Assembly (NCBI GenBank): GCA_964016885.1
Contig: OZ024740.1
Location: forward strand, 222,766,001 to 222,830,000
Origin: Eledone cirrhosa
Taxonomy: Eukaryota
Direction: 5' to 3'
DNA: 64,000 nucleotides
The position numbers and the translations under genes were made by a program. Shown piece by piece: positions 30,437 to 45,050 of the stretch. Numbering within the stretch: position 1 is the stretch's first letter; each line of letters opens with the position of its first letter. The notes under the pieces are model-generated. The model worked only from the letters and a program-made list of their open reading frames with translations. It made no database searches and was not told where the DNA came from.

Positions 30437-30620
30437 GGCGGTGGATTGGCAGTATCGGTAGAGGGTCGGACGCCATGCTTTCCAGTATAGTTACGTCCCT
30501 TTACAATCTGAGTTCAAATCCCGCCGAGGTTGACTTTGCCTTTCATCCTTACGGGGTCGATAAAATAAAGTACCAGTAATGAACTGGATAATTGCTGGCG
30601 TTGTGCCTAAAGTAGACACA
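30437..30620 (+). mobile_element. tRNA-derived SINE with Meta-like central domain, full length, 18-bp TSD
   Basis: A box tggcagtatcgg, B box gttcaaatcc, then gactttgcctttcatccttacggggtcgataaaataaagtaccag. TSD aatatttgttcttcactc at 30419-30436 and 30621-30638. Confidence 0.9.
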
Positions 30621-30951
30621 AATATTTGTTCTTCACTCAAATATGAATGTATACATTTACTATATTTAACACATAACAAAAAATTGAAATTCAAATATTG
30701 TATTATATATATATAAAATTAAGTAATGAGAAAAGGGGGGGGGGGCAGATCTGGCTGTATAGGAAAGTAAAGGAAAGGACTATAAATGAGAAGAAAAGAA
30801 CTAAAAGGACTATTAGGTGATGGAAGAATGAGAGGGGCAGGTGACAGAATCTCCACCTAGGTTGGGGCAGTGTTTTGGTTGCACACCATGTACAAAACTG
30901 CAAAGGCATTTCCGCAGAAATATTTGTAGATGAGATGGTTACCTCACTCTG

Positions 30952-31292
30952 TCATCATCATCATCATTTCATTTTACGTCCGCTTTTTCCCTGCTTGCAA
31001 GGGTGGGACGGGAACTGATGCTGGCCTGATTTCTACAGCTGGATGCCCTTCCTAACACCAACCTCATTTACAGTGAGTGCTGGGTGCTTTTTTGGCGTGG
31101 CACCTCCACGACCACTTTGCAGTGGAATGATAGGGACTCCAGTCCTATCATCTCATTTCTACAGCTGAATAAACTGGAGCAATGTGAAATAAAGTGTCTT
31201 GCTCAAGGAAACAGCACATCACCCGGTCTGAGAATTGACTCACAACCTTTCGATTGCAAGGCCAATGCTCTAACCACTAAGCCATGTGCCTC
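30952..31292 (-). mobile_element. tRNA-CORE SINE with RTE-derived 3' tail
   Basis: Minus strand: gaggcacatggcttagtggttagagc (A box), CORE-like tccttgagcaagacactt...cagctgtagaaatgag, then a tail shared with the RTE 3' UTR and (GAT)n. Confidence 0.85.
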
Positions 31293-31746
31293 TGTAGTGA
31301 TGGATATTAATGAAGTAAAGTAAAAGATTTTAACTGGGGAAAATCTAGAGATTTTCTAATTCCAAGTGGATCCTCCTATTAGTTTATCATTCTGATATTT
31401 TATCTGAATTCAATCACTTGAATATCTCTCTACAATACCATGAATAAACAATTATTTTCTTAATGTAGAAAATAAATGTGTTTAAAAAAATTCTTAAATC
31501 GTAAAAAAGTAAAGTGCAACTAAGGAAAACTGCATCTCTCCCAGCATTCGTTCAACTGAAAGAAGATTACAGTAATAATTTTAATGATGGACGAAATATT
31601 ACCTTGATCCAGCTAGCAAAACAGAAAGCAGAATTTAATCACTAACACACGGTGAGAAATATAATTGGGTTCAAATTCCATTTAGTATTGACATTAAAAA
31701 TTTGCATGGGGATTTTGTCAAGTACAGCTTATATGTATGTATATAT

Positions 31747-32366
31747 ATATAGGAATGAAAAATGGCGTGCTGTGTTGTTGCGAATGTGAAACATATGAAG
31801 TAAAAATTAGAAATAGAAGCCGGGACTATCCATCATCAGTGATCTACTAGCCATCAGAGGTATTTCTTCGCATTACAGATCAGATACCTCCGGCTAGCGC
31901 AAACAATAACTAAAATAAGTTATTGGGATAAAAAGAATTGGTTGGAGAAAGAGAGACAGGTGAATAAACCAGAATGGTGAGGCAACGTAAAGAGAGGAAA
32001 AAATGAGAAAATCAAGTCAGTGATTCATTTGAACATAAGAACTTGCAAACATTGACGAGAAGACGAAAGACTGTCCGTACCGTGCGAAAAGTGAGCGAGA
32101 AAAGAATTTTGTACTGTGCCGGACGATGGAGGTAGTGAGAGAGAGGGTGAGTAGCAGAGAGGGAGTGAGTGAAAGTGTGAGGAAGAGGCTAGCCGAGAGA
32201 GGGTGACTAGCAGAGGGGGAGAATGAAAGTAAGAGGGAGAAGGAGTGAGAAGGGGAGAGAGAAAGAGGATATCAGTAAGGGAAGAGAAAAAGACAGGTCA
32301 CAGCGAAGGGGAAAGCATATAGGAATGAAAAATGGCGTGCTGTGTTGTTGCAAATGTGATACATAT
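31747..32366. mobile_element. 620-bp non-coding insertion with 50-bp terminal direct repeats, between TA tracts
   Basis: atataggaatgaaaaatggcgtgctgtgttgttgc(g/a)aatgtga(a/t)acatat at 31747-31796 and 32317-32366; period 570 bp. Confidence 0.75.
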
Positions 32367-32487
32367 CTCTCTATATATATATCCAATCAATTATAACAGG
32401 GACAATGGATGTTAAATGATGTATGTAAGTATGATGATTATGATGGTATGTGTGTGCACGTGTGTGTGTGTGTATATATATATATAT

Positions 32488-32719
32488 AAACGTTTGTATA
32501 TGTATAATAAAGCCAAAACAATGCAGGTATGGACATAGAATAAAGAATGCAAATGCAAAAGATATTGTTGACAATTAGTCTTTTACCTTAGATTTATTTA
32601 AATGTCCTTAATTTTCGAGATAATATCTCTTCTTCGGAGGGAAGTAAAGCGGTTAAACCAGTGTTCTAAATAGCTTCTAAATAGTTTGTTTTGTCTTTAT
32701 TATACATATACAAACATTT
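32488..32719 (-). mobile_element. Small fold-back element with hammerhead in the loop
   Basis: 33-bp inverted arms at 32488-32520 and 32687-32719; (TA)n on the left. Confidence 0.75.
32606..32640 (-). ncRNA. Minimal hammerhead variant (CCGAAGA core)
   Basis: Minus strand: CCT-CCGAAGA-A-GAGAT att ATCTC-GAAA-ATT-A-AGG, with AATAAA shortly downstream. U4C change; helix III reduced to the palindrome AATT. Confidence 0.65.
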
Positions 32720-32883
32720 ATACCTCATTACACAATGCTTCAAGTCAACTATAACTTCCTCCTATATATATATGTATACCAATAAATCAATGAGGGTGTT
32801 TCTTCCATTGGCCACAAATATGTGTATGAAAAAAGATTTAAAACATTAAAAGCTGCAAGTAAAAGGCCCTTAACTCATGATTC

Positions 32884-33034
32884 TTCTTCTTATTGTGTCC
32901 ACCCTTATAACTGTTGTTTGTGGTGGTGATAGGATTAGCAGTATCTTATCAATACTCTTAGGGCTGTGGTGTGGACACTTCACGTGATACACCATCACAA
33001 GCAACAGTTATAAGTATGGACACGATAAGAAGAA
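32884..33034. repeat. 45-bp inverted repeat, MITE-like
   Basis: ttcttcttattgtgtccacccttataactgttgtttgtggtggtg versus caccatcacaagcaacagttataagtatggacacgataagaagaa. Confidence 0.75.
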
Positions 33035-33957
33035 CTCATAATGCAGGTTAACCGTCCTCAGGCATGACCATTTTAAATCTACCACTCTCATGCAACTGAA
33101 GCTAGTAAATGATGAGTGATAGGTCTTACTATAATTGAATACAGAACATTTAAAAGGATGCCTTGATATTAGCTCTCGAAATAAGACAAAAAATCTTGCC
33201 TTATATGCCAGATTTATTGTATATATAAGTGAGGGTGAGGTTTGTTAGGGTAATGATTACGGAAATTATTTTGGTTAGGATAAAGGTTTCTTAGAGTTCA
33301 TTAAGGTTAGAGTTAACCTTAAAATTAGAGTTCCTTAGTTTGGGTGTTCACTTTTTGGCTCATGTGTGTGAGTGTTTGTGTGTGCAGAGCAGGCAAAATG
33401 TATTTGAATTATACAATAAAATAGCTTCATTTTCTCATTTCAAAATCTATTGTTAATGACACTTAATTCAAACCATTTTCATGGGGTTTTATCAAAATGT
33501 TTCTATAAAACGAATAAGCTCAAAAATAAATTTAGTAATTCGCCATAATTGCAAAAGTAATTGACTATTCTCAGTTGCAGATTCAATTTTCATTCAATAA
33601 AATTCATTTTCAATATTTGGCTAGAGTTACAGAAGAAACCGAGCAAAATCATTAGCCCTTTTCTTATTTTGTGATACTAAATTAGCCTATATTCCTCAGC
33701 TGTACATCAAATTACTGCTCACCATGAACATAGCATGGCTAAATGGTTAAGAAATTTGTTTTGTAATCATTGTGTCCTGGATTTAATACCACTTCATAAC
33801 ATTTTGGGCTGATATCATAGCATCAGTTCGACTTCTGACATGAGAGTGAAAATGGTTAGAAATAAACTGCTTTGAAGCCCATCGAATTGGCAGTACCTGT
33901 AATTCAATGAGCCAGTTTTGTCACACACTGCACCAGACTGAATCTCCTTGAGAATTA

Positions 33958-34127
33958 TCGTATTTCCCAGCATCGAAGACGCTAGTTTTTTCCCTAAATT
34001 AAGTCTTAAAAATCTACCCTGTGTCCTGGAGGCCGAAGGTTGTTTATTAATGTTTTTTCAAAATTTTGATTGTCAAAATTAGGGTGTGTCCTCAAGGACG
34101 AAGATTCTTCGGTGTCGGGAAATACGG
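33958..34127. mobile_element. Tc1/mariner (Tc2/pogo-type) MITE nested in an old SINE
   Basis: TIRs tcgtatttcccagcatcgaaga / tcttcggtgtcgggaaatacgg with TA on both sides. Confidence 0.8.
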
Positions 34128-34814
34128 TAAATCAAGAGTAATGTGTATGTGGAATACTCAATCACATACTGTTGATCAAACAACTGGAACACTCATTGTT
34201 GAAACCAACAGACATCCATTTCACTCTTCAACACTGTTCCACTTAAGTTGAGCATATGTGAACAAGTAAACGTTTTGCAACCAATAAACAAAAGTTTAGT
34301 TTCCTCCTATAAAGTAGTAATTATTAATTATGTTGATAATGTGTTGTTTCAAAGGTGGAATAAGAAATATTTTTTTTCATCATCAAACTTTAACAAGTTA
34401 AATATATATAGAGAGACCAGGATTATATCATGATGAAACTGCTTATTCACAGCAGCAGAGAGATAAATATACAATCTGAAATCTTCTGTGGAAATGGCAA
34501 GAGCTCAGTCATCATGCCCTGACTCTCTACTATATATATATGTATATATATATACACACACACATATATGTATGCACACACAGATAGAGTAGGGAGAGAA
34601 AGACAGAAAGGTGGGAGGAGATAGTGACAGTATCCCCAACAGAGAACATTAGTTTCTAGTATGACTGAAGACATTTTAGTAATGTTAGAACTCCCACCTC
34701 TACCACATGGTCTTACAATTGTGTTACATGAATACTAAAAAGGAATATTATATTGTTTTTGACAAATTGTAATATTCATGTGAGTGACAGACAGAAATAT
34801 TGTACAGTTATTAT

Positions 34815-35003
34815 AATTCTTTCTACTTTTGGCACAAGACCAGCTGTTAACCCAGTGCATTACTGGTGCTTTATTTTATCAACTCGGTAAGGATGAAAAG
34901 CAAAGTTAACCTCAGGGGGATTTGAACTCAGAACATAAAATGCCATAACTCAATGCTGCAAAGAATGGTGTCTGATGCTCTACTGATACTGCCAATCCTC
35001 CAC
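34815..35003 (-). mobile_element. Meta-type SINE
   Basis: ggatgaaaagcaaagttaacctcagggggatttgaactc. Older copies lie near 1415-1510, 26775-26972, 29725-29850, 40388-40545 and 62900-63050. Confidence 0.85.
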
Positions 35004-37369
35004 AGTTATAATGTAGATCATGTATTCTGTGTACATATACTTTTGTTTTAGGATACAAATTTAGCAAAATTGAAAAGGTGACATAATTAAAAACGCAATC
35101 AATTATAATAGGAAATGAAAAAAAATAATAATCTGGCTTTCCTGCATTATCGACACAATCAGGTTTCATTTTTCTTTTCATGTGTTGCCATTTATTACAA
35201 ATGCAAAAATATGTATATACAAAAAAGTACTACAGTAAAAAATCCTCAAACCCTAATTAATTACCAATTAAAATAAAATACATTTGAAATCATTAGCTGT
35301 TTCACTTTCTCAAAATTTTCCTCAATGTCTCAGTTTCAATTTAATAAGGATGAAAAATTCCTTAAAATGCAAACATTTATTCAAAAGAAAAGTGAAAGGA
35401 GTTTTTAAAATCCATGATTATATATAAATCCAGTTCAGGCTGGGTGTTTTTAAAAACATAATCCTCTCTAAAATGAAATTAAAGTTATACATTTCAGTTG
35501 CGTTTTTACATTCCCCAGTATTACTGATTTCCTTTTGAATTATATTGCTATTTATAAATGTTACCAAATGTTTATACAACATAATATTTTTGTATGCACT
35601 GACTACTAAAAATTAGGAGGAACATTGCTTCTCTCTATATTTACTCTTATATTACATATAAAAGAAATTACAAAAATAAAATAATCTTTGGTAGACAGGA
35701 GGAAATGAAAAAAAGAATGAAATTTACAGCTTGCACCCATGCAAAAACTTTACAGTTCTGAGTGTAATTACAAAAATATGCTGTTATTATAATACAGACA
35801 GACTTCATAGATAGCTAAATGACAGAATGTTGAATTTCAAATGACATTCTTTATAGGTTCAGTAACAGCAAAATATATCTATATCAGAAGATGTAACACA
35901 TGAGGATGAAGAATACATTTGGTCATTTAATCATTTTGGGCTGTTGAGGTACAGACACATCTCCGACTATCTAGCACTCTTCTCTACATGTTCACTTGTC
36001 TTGCTAGAAATAGTGCCAAATCTCTCGCAAATTACACTCTTCCATCATGGAAGATGAAAGCAACATTTGATAATATTGTCTTATATGTACTGTGCCTAAC
36101 AAATAAGCAGGATGGTTATGGCTGGAATGTCTTTCATCATAGGTCTGTTTGATCAGAGCTGACATGGGAATTAACAACAAAGGCAACAACCTCAATGTTA
36201 TATTACAGCTAGAGTAATCATTTAGGCATTTGCTATAAAACTGTTTGTAACATATATTTTAAACATTAAATCTGCTTTCAAATCAAAACACACAAAACAG
36301 AATTGATTATCTTCTACAGTTCTGAAATATTCAATCTCAATTTAGTTTGTTGACTTTTTTGCTGTAATACTAGAAGTCTGCCAAAATACTCTTGACTCTT
36401 TTTATGCAAAACTATCAGAAACCACCCAAAACTGTCATATATTTTAGCTAAAAACCTTCCATCATAATTGTTTTATACAAGAAGCTTTGTTAATTAATGC
36501 TCCAAACAATGAAGAAGTTAGTAATATTATTAAATCCATTTAAACACTTATTTATTTTAAAAATTTTCCATCATAAGCAATATTTTTCATAAAAAATCTA
36601 GTAATGAAGGTTAATTGGTCAACCATTTGGCTATATTGTAGAATACTTAAGTAAACTGTTTTCAAGATGGAATAAATAAAAGTGGACTATTGCTGTAGTA
36701 AATTTTCTTTTTATTTTGAAAATACAGGCTCTTTCCAATTTGTGAGTTTAAGTAGAACACAAATGACATCTATCTCTCAAGATGATGTCAGTAGGAAAGA
36801 CATGAGCAAGTTCAGAATTAAAGACTGTAGTGGTTATTGTAAGGCTGATAGTTTGGACAAAACATGGGTAATGAGAGGAGGAAAGACAGGTAGGTAAAGA
36901 GTACCTGAGGAGGGATTAATATGAATGAAATTGGGAAAGGCTCTAGCCCAGTGGCCCCCATGGACTTTAACTTTAAACCATAGAAACGCTGCATGAGCAG
37001 CCAATTCATTCAATTGACATTATGTAAATAAGAGATTCTAAAAAAAACTAGTGGCGATCACTCTCAGTCAAAATCATATAATAAATCTTATCAGTTTAAT
37101 AAGTGTGTCTGTCATAAGGAGACAAGATTTCTGCTGTTTCAAGCAAAATAGAATATATTCTTAACACTAATATAAATAGGCTTAACAGTTTCTGTGTCTA
37201 AGGAAAGGTTTTGCTTGTAATGTCAGAATTCTTTTCTCAACAGAACACAAACTCATTGAATTCTGTGAACTGTATCATTAACAAATTAATAATGAAATAC
37301 ATTGACAATGATTTTCCAAAAATTTTGAAAATTATCAAGAATGTTAAGCTGATGTTTGGAACATAACAT

Positions 37370-37745
37370 AATCTTCTTCTTTTTCCTCACCTACTTATTC
37401 CAGAGAGGGTCATGGGAGAAGAGTCCTCAAATACTCCTTCCTTCAGAAGAAACCATCTCCAACTGATCCAGCTGGATCCCTAAGCAAGACCAGCTGAGCT
37501 CATGGATTTTATCCAATCATTTTGCTTGGGTTTAAACCTGAGTCTCCTGCTTGTTGGTTTTGCCTGTAAAATCTGACCAGCGATCCCATAGTATCAGAGC
37601 TATGATTTTTCAATTCAGAGAAGTAGCATCTCTATTCGGAGCAACTTTCTGATCTCCAAGTTATGCTCTCTATTGAGTAACAATACTCCAAGACCCTTCA
37701 GAGAAAGACCATTTTGGTCACTTATATTCACGATCATATTCTTAT
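37370..37745 (-). pseudogene. Decayed fragment of the second RTE family
   Basis: Minus strand gives RVLGVLLLNREHNLEIRKLLRIEMLLL*IEKS*L*YYG, matching 54500-54861. Confidence 0.7.
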
Positions 37746-39411
37746 GTTACTACATAAAATTATGATGAAAGATTTTTAGATAAAAAGTAACACTTGAAAA
37801 CAAACAGTTTGAATTGTAGAATGGGAGCAGTTTCTAGTGGCCTTGCATTGAAAGAGTTAACCATTTTGATACTTAACACACCTGAAACCACTAACAGTGT
37901 TTTCTACAATAAAACAACAGTTTTAAATTAAAGTTTTCATGTTTCAATTTAAATCTTCTTTTATAAGTTGTTCTAAAGAAACCTTTTCTTGATTGTAACA
38001 GATAACTGGTAGCCAGAGGTTGTGAATTGTGTCTGAAGCTAGTACTACAATTTTAGATGTGTTGCTTTCCTTTATCAATGATCTTCAGCTCTAGATAATG
38101 ATAAAACTGTTCAGAACTATAATTGGTAGGCCAATTGAAGCTGAATAATAGGTTTGAAATGTTAATGGTAGAAATCATGTTCTCTAATATGTCCAAAACA
38201 CTAACTTAATAATGAGATATTTGCGTATTTTAATAAATCCCTCTAAATAGTTTATTACTTAAAATTAATTGAAAATGATAAGCAGTGTTCATCATTACAA
38301 ATATAGCAAGGAAAGGGTTAAACAAAGTTCAAAAATATTGTGATACTAGTGCATGGAATGTAAGTACTAATAACAAAATGGAATTATGATAATAATAAAC
38401 TATATTGTAATATATACCATTAAGGTGAACTGGGTTTCGTCAGATTACAATAATTTCAACATTAAATATTTAACGGTCACCTCATGAGTAGTAATTATTG
38501 TTGAAATAGCAAGGAGATGTAAAAGTTGAAATATTAAGTTCAATACAGAATGTTACTATGAAACTGATATCATATCATGTATTAATTAGATACATTATAT
38601 ATAAACAAGTTGTTTGAATTGAAACTTTGAATAATACAGCACTTTATATATGTCGAATAAATATTGTTCTCTATGTACTTTGATTCCTATATCTATCTAT
38701 CTATCTATCCATCACCCCCTCTTTCTCTCTCTCCCTCCCCCCTCTCTCTCTATATATATATATCATTCACACCAATCCCATAACACAAACACACACATAT
38801 ATATGGTGTGTGTGGAGGGGAGGGGGAGAAGTATGGGTGCACAAACACATTAAAGAAGCCAGTTCCTATATAGACACATAAATAAATCTTTAGCAGCATA
38901 GATTTATACATAAAAATTTGTGCAAGCGAAGCATATCAGACCAGGAGATATTGATTGATTTATTTTGATTAAATGACTAAACCAGATTTCAAGGTGGCCC
39001 ATATACATTTAAGCATGAATGATTTATTTGGCAAACAGAGTGCTTCTCTTTAGAGGATAGATTCCCTTTGTTTATGGCCAAGAGATGTAGATGACTCATA
39101 CAACTTGAAATACCTTTGGGGGAAAAAGTAGACCTTTATAGTATTATTATCTCCCTTGGTAGATAGTGTTTATGGTATAGTGAGTTACTTAGAAAAACAG
39201 AGAGAGAGAGTGAGAGGGAGGATAGGGAGGGTAGAGGAGAGAGAGAGACAGATATACATAACGATAGTGACAGGGATACATAATGGCAGAGAGACAGATG
39301 CAAGAGCAATTTCGACTTGCTTACAGGAATTAATGGGCAATAACGGAGTTCAAAGCTTACAAAAGCACCAGACACACTTTTATACAAATATATATATGAG
39401 TATATATATAT

Positions 39412-39413
<2 letters not shown>

Positions 39414-39492
<79 letters not shown>

Positions 39493-39714
39493 CCATGTAT
39501 GTATGTATAGGTTTTGGTACATGTATATATATACACATATTTTAAAGCATAAATAAGTATTTGTCCTTGTTAGCAAGTAAAATAGACATTAAATGATTAT
39601 ATATATATATATATATAATCATTTAAAGTCTATTTTCCTTGTTAACACATATATATATACACATATATATACATACACATATATATATATACACATATAT
39701 ATATATACATATAC

Positions 39715-39745
<31 letters not shown>

Positions 39746-39945
39746 TATATACATATATATATACATATATATATATATATACATATATATGCATACATAT
39801 ATATATACACATATATATATGCATACATATTTACATATATATATACACATATATGTGCATACACACACACGCACACACACACACATATATATATATATAT
39901 GCAAACATATATATATCCATATACACATATATATATACTGTATAT
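39414..39945. repeat. (TA)n and (TATACA)-type microsatellite cluster
   Basis: Seen directly. Similar tracts at 20408-20553, 42590-42860, 44880-45050 and 55830-56180. Confidence 0.95.
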
Positions 39946-42772
39946 ATTGAATAAGAGAAAGAGACATAAGTATCAAAACGGTAATTAATTATGAAATCTC
40001 AGGTGTTTTACTATATGTTCTATGTCTACAACTGGCTTTGATTTACTGGATCTTATTACTTTTGATAGATCAATATTTCATTAATCCACTTCAAAGCAGC
40101 AATATTAGAGTTGTTTTCCAAAATTTGATTTTAGATGTGTTAAACTATATTTATGTAATGAAAAGTATGGACTTGGTTTATGGTATTACTAAATATTTCA
40201 TGATTTCAAACTATATGGTAATTCCATGGAATAGTGGTAAGGTACGAATGAACTATCCAGACATTTCTATGAACAGACAATTATTTTCAATTGTAGCTAT
40301 TGCACTTTATGTCATTAACATTTTTGTTGCCATATTTCTAATAAAAGACTATGTATAATATTCAAATCACTTTGAAAATAATGATTTTTACTATAGGCAC
40401 AAGGCCAGAAATTTGGGGAAAGGGGAAAGTCGATTAAATCGACTCCATTACTGGTGCTTTATATATGTATTATATATGCATTAGTAGTGTTTTATTTTAT
40501 CGGCCCATTAGGAGGAAAGGCAAAGCTAACCTCAGCGGGATTTAAAAATAATAAAACACATTTCTCAGTATCAATCCGGTAATTCTAATGTAGCTTTACA
40601 AATGTTCTTACATATAAATATAATGGAATGTTTTTAATGTTTTGTTTTGTATAGCCAAGGGCACTTAAGCTGGTTTAGTATCAAAATTCTGTGATTTAGT
40701 AGGATAAGTTTCCATTTTCAAAACTTTACTTGGATGTTTACTTTCATTAAGAAAAGAATATAAAACATTTAATTTTAAACTTATACAAGTCTTCAGTTTT
40801 TATTTTAGCTATCAGAATTAGTGGCATACCTAATTGGTAACTAAACAGATTGTACTATAGAGATTATTACAATTTTTTTATTTATTTATTTTTATTTTTG
40901 TGTTTACATTTTAGTTTCTAGAGAAGGCACAGTGCTCACAGACTTTGAAAGCTTTATCAGTCTGGTGAGACAGATGCAATTTATGTTCAGCTGAAATTTC
41001 TGCAGGTTGCTGTTTGTAAAGCAAAACACAGCCAGTTCTGAGTATAATAATTTGGGCAAATTGTTTTGAATAAACCCTTCAGCATTTAAATCAGTTGTAT
41101 CTGGCCAGAATTCCCTCATCTTTTTCTGTCCAAACCAACCATAACCTGCCATTCATACTAATGTTAAGGTATTATTCTTAAAATAAATAACATCAACATT
41201 TCATAGCTTTGATATTATAAGGGATAATTATGTGAGATAAGCCTTTACCATGAAAATACAATAGTAAAAACAGAGTAGTGTATATGCTAAAGGGTTAAGA
41301 AACAGACATTTCAAATAATAATTGTTTGTAAACATCAATGGGTTCAGTAGAGGGTAAAGAAATTTCTTCTCTTTGGCCAAGCATATGAAAACCTTTTCAG
41401 TACTTTAGCCATGTAAAGTTCTTGGCATTAGAAAGGGCATACATTTATAAACATGCCAGAACATGAGCAAGATGTAGTGATTTGACCATAGAAAACAGAT
41501 ATAAGATAATAATATTCTTGAACACATAGACATATATTCATCCAACTATTTTAGTTTGAGTGAATGAATAAATTATGTATTTATGTAACTTTTGTTGTGA
41601 ATTCAAATAGAAAATACCCACTAGGTATATGAGATTGGAAACAGTCTTATATTAATGCAAGTAAAAATCCGAGTAAAGTTTTGAAAATGAAAACTTATCC
41701 GACTAAATCACATAAATTGTCCAAATAATCATTCCTACAAAAGCTATGTTTTGCTATAGTGTGTATTTAATATTATATAATACATCCAGAGCATAAAATA
41801 TTGATTTATTCAAATGCAACTAGTTATGTAAGCCTGTTAATGCATTGAAATGTAAACTTGTACTAAGAAATATTCCTATGAAAAGCATGAAGAAAGTCAA
41901 TACTGCAAATTGTTTTGCTCATGCTGAGTAAAAGAAAAGCGTTTAGAAAAGAAAAGTTATTTTCATAATCTAGGTGAGTTAAAACTTCTTTTAGCAGCTT
42001 AATAGCAATATAAAAGATGTCTTTTTAATCTATGGTGCTTTGTTCAAAGCCATTTAATAACCCATTTCAGCAAACAAAATCCTGAGGGGAAAAAAGATTT
42101 TAGGAAACAAATTATCTCATTTATGATTATTTTGACTTCATTCTTTTAAAGTCAATTATTTATCATTAAAATATATTTAGGAAGGAATATATTATACAAT
42201 GTTCATAAAGTATTGAGAAATCCAATGGATTATTAAAATGATAAAATGATATTTAATGGAAAATGAAGGTTTATGATGTAAATATATCTAAGAATAGAGT
42301 GGAAGTTGTAGAAGAAATTATGAAGTATACACTTAATTCCTGGCTTTATAAATGTTATCTTTTAAAGTACAAAGTATCCGGAATCAATATGAATTATTGA
42401 AATAATGCAGTGCGTTTACTTCTCTTAAATATTGTATAGCTTTGTAGAAAATAAAATTATCATATATATTAATATATATAATTGTTTCTACTTTTGGCAC
42501 AAGGCCAGCAATTATCTTGTGCATTACTGGTACTTTATTGCTCAGGGTAATTGGTGGCCTTGTGACAAAAGTAGAAACAATTATATATATAAATATATAT
42601 GATAATATATATATATAATACATAGCAGATACATATATATATTATATATATATTATATATATGTGTGTGTGTATATATACATGTATAATACATAGTATAT
42701 ATTTATGTATATATATATATATATATATAAATAAATGTATAATACATAGTATATATATATGTATAATACATA

Positions 42773-42820
<48 letters not shown>

Positions 42821-43204
42821 GTATAATACATAGTAGATATATATATATACATATATATAACAAATGATGCCAGTTTTGACATGGAAAAATATACTACATA
42901 TCATACTACAAAATGAAAACCTATGTAGACTAAATTATATGGAACAGTAATAATCTTCAAACTTTACTCATATAATTTCTTTACCTAAACTCTAATTTTC
43001 CACTTTTCATTTAATTTCATTTTCATTTCATTTTCTCTGACTTATCAGAATACTTATCTTAAGACAAAATATGAAAAAATATAAAAAGAGCACCTTACAT
43101 TTACATATGATATGAATGTCATGAAAGATATTTCACACTTGTAAAAATGTATAATGAGAGTTTATAAGTACTTAAACACACACGTGCACACACACGTGTG
43201 TGTG

Positions 43205-43262
<58 letters not shown>

Positions 43263-43864
43263 CAATATATATACAGAAACAAGCACACATATATATATAA
43301 ATATTAACTACTTGAAAATATATTCTTCTTATTTCTGTTACATTTTTTTTCTATAGACAATCTAAAGAATATTGCATTGATTAGTAATCCTAAGTGCCTT
43401 TGTATCAAATTAACAACCTCTAAATAAATGTCTACAGATTCATTTACCATTTTGTATTCTTAGTGAAGAACAAAAAGAGACAGAGACAATTCACTTTAAC
43501 TTCTACACTCAAACTAGATTTTAAAATAAGAATAATCTCTTCAACCCCTGAAGACTCTAACTGAAAATATGTTTCCTGAAACTTAAAGCTAAAAAAAAAA
43601 GATAAATTGATTATTATAAGCCTGTCTGGTTTCTATATAAGCATATAAGTAAGCTAAACAGAAAAAAATGAAACTAAGTCATGAATTTCGATTATATATA
43701 TATGTGTGTATGTGTGTATTTGAGTCCCTATTTCTATATTTATTTTATAATATTATTAGGTATATACATAGACACGCATACATAAATATATGTATGTATG
43801 TATGTAACTATATATTCACGCACACACAAATATATATACCTATAACTATTTATCTATATATCTA

Positions 43865-43949
<85 letters not shown>

Positions 43950-44920
43950 CATAAATGTGTGTGTCTGTATATATATATATATGTGTGTGTGATGTTGTCA
44001 ATCCATCAGTCTATCTAACACAACATATCACAACAGACATAGAATATATGAGAAAACATATTGACTGTACACACCTCAATTTTGCTCACATGAGTAAAGT
44101 AGGAAGGAAACAAGAAAATAGACATAATATTCATCAATAGTTCTCCTGTTCAAGTCATTGGCTCCCTATTTCAGAAGAGGAGAGAAGTAAAAAGTAAAAT
44201 TTTTATCTTCCTTTCTTCACTATTGAGTAAATGTCAATCATGCAAGCCCTTGAAACAAACAAGTTGCAGACATATTCAGATACCTGCCAATACGATGATC
44301 ACATTTGATAATTGTTCTCTGTCAGAGGCAGTCTTCTTTATAAACTGATGCTCTCAATCATCAATGTCTCTATTATATATTGTGAATGGTACACCTCTGT
44401 GAAAACAGAGCCACTCAAAATTATGCAGAATGTAAAGACATCATTACGAGAAGAGCTTATATCTCAATGATATTCTTTTTCTTCAATTTTATTCACAATG
44501 TGAACTAGCCTCTAACAATAAGGAGCTACTCACTTTTTCAATGGCTACCAATAACTCGTTCTCTATTTTCTTTATTTCCTTCTCTATCTCTTCACCTTTC
44601 TATCTTCCTACCTCTCTATCTCTCTCTCCATACACACACATATATATGCATAATCCTTTTTCTAAATATAATGATTTAATTATGTTTTAATTCAACACAA
44701 ACAGATTTAACTAAAATGCATATTTGCACACACATCATAAATAATTGTGTATAAATCACACCTTCGTTCTATGTACAACTTTTACAACATATCATATATT
44801 TTAAATTTGGGTTTTGTAGGTCCTGTATATAAGTTACATACTTACTTTCAAATCCTATTTTCATGGAAAATGGTGCAACTTATATATTAGTATATATATT
44901 AGTATATATATATCTATCTA

Positions 44921-45050
<130 letters not shown>

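Noticed and set aside
30437-30530. tRNA gene
   Set aside because: The A/B boxes belong to a SINE head that continues into the Meta domain and has a TSD.
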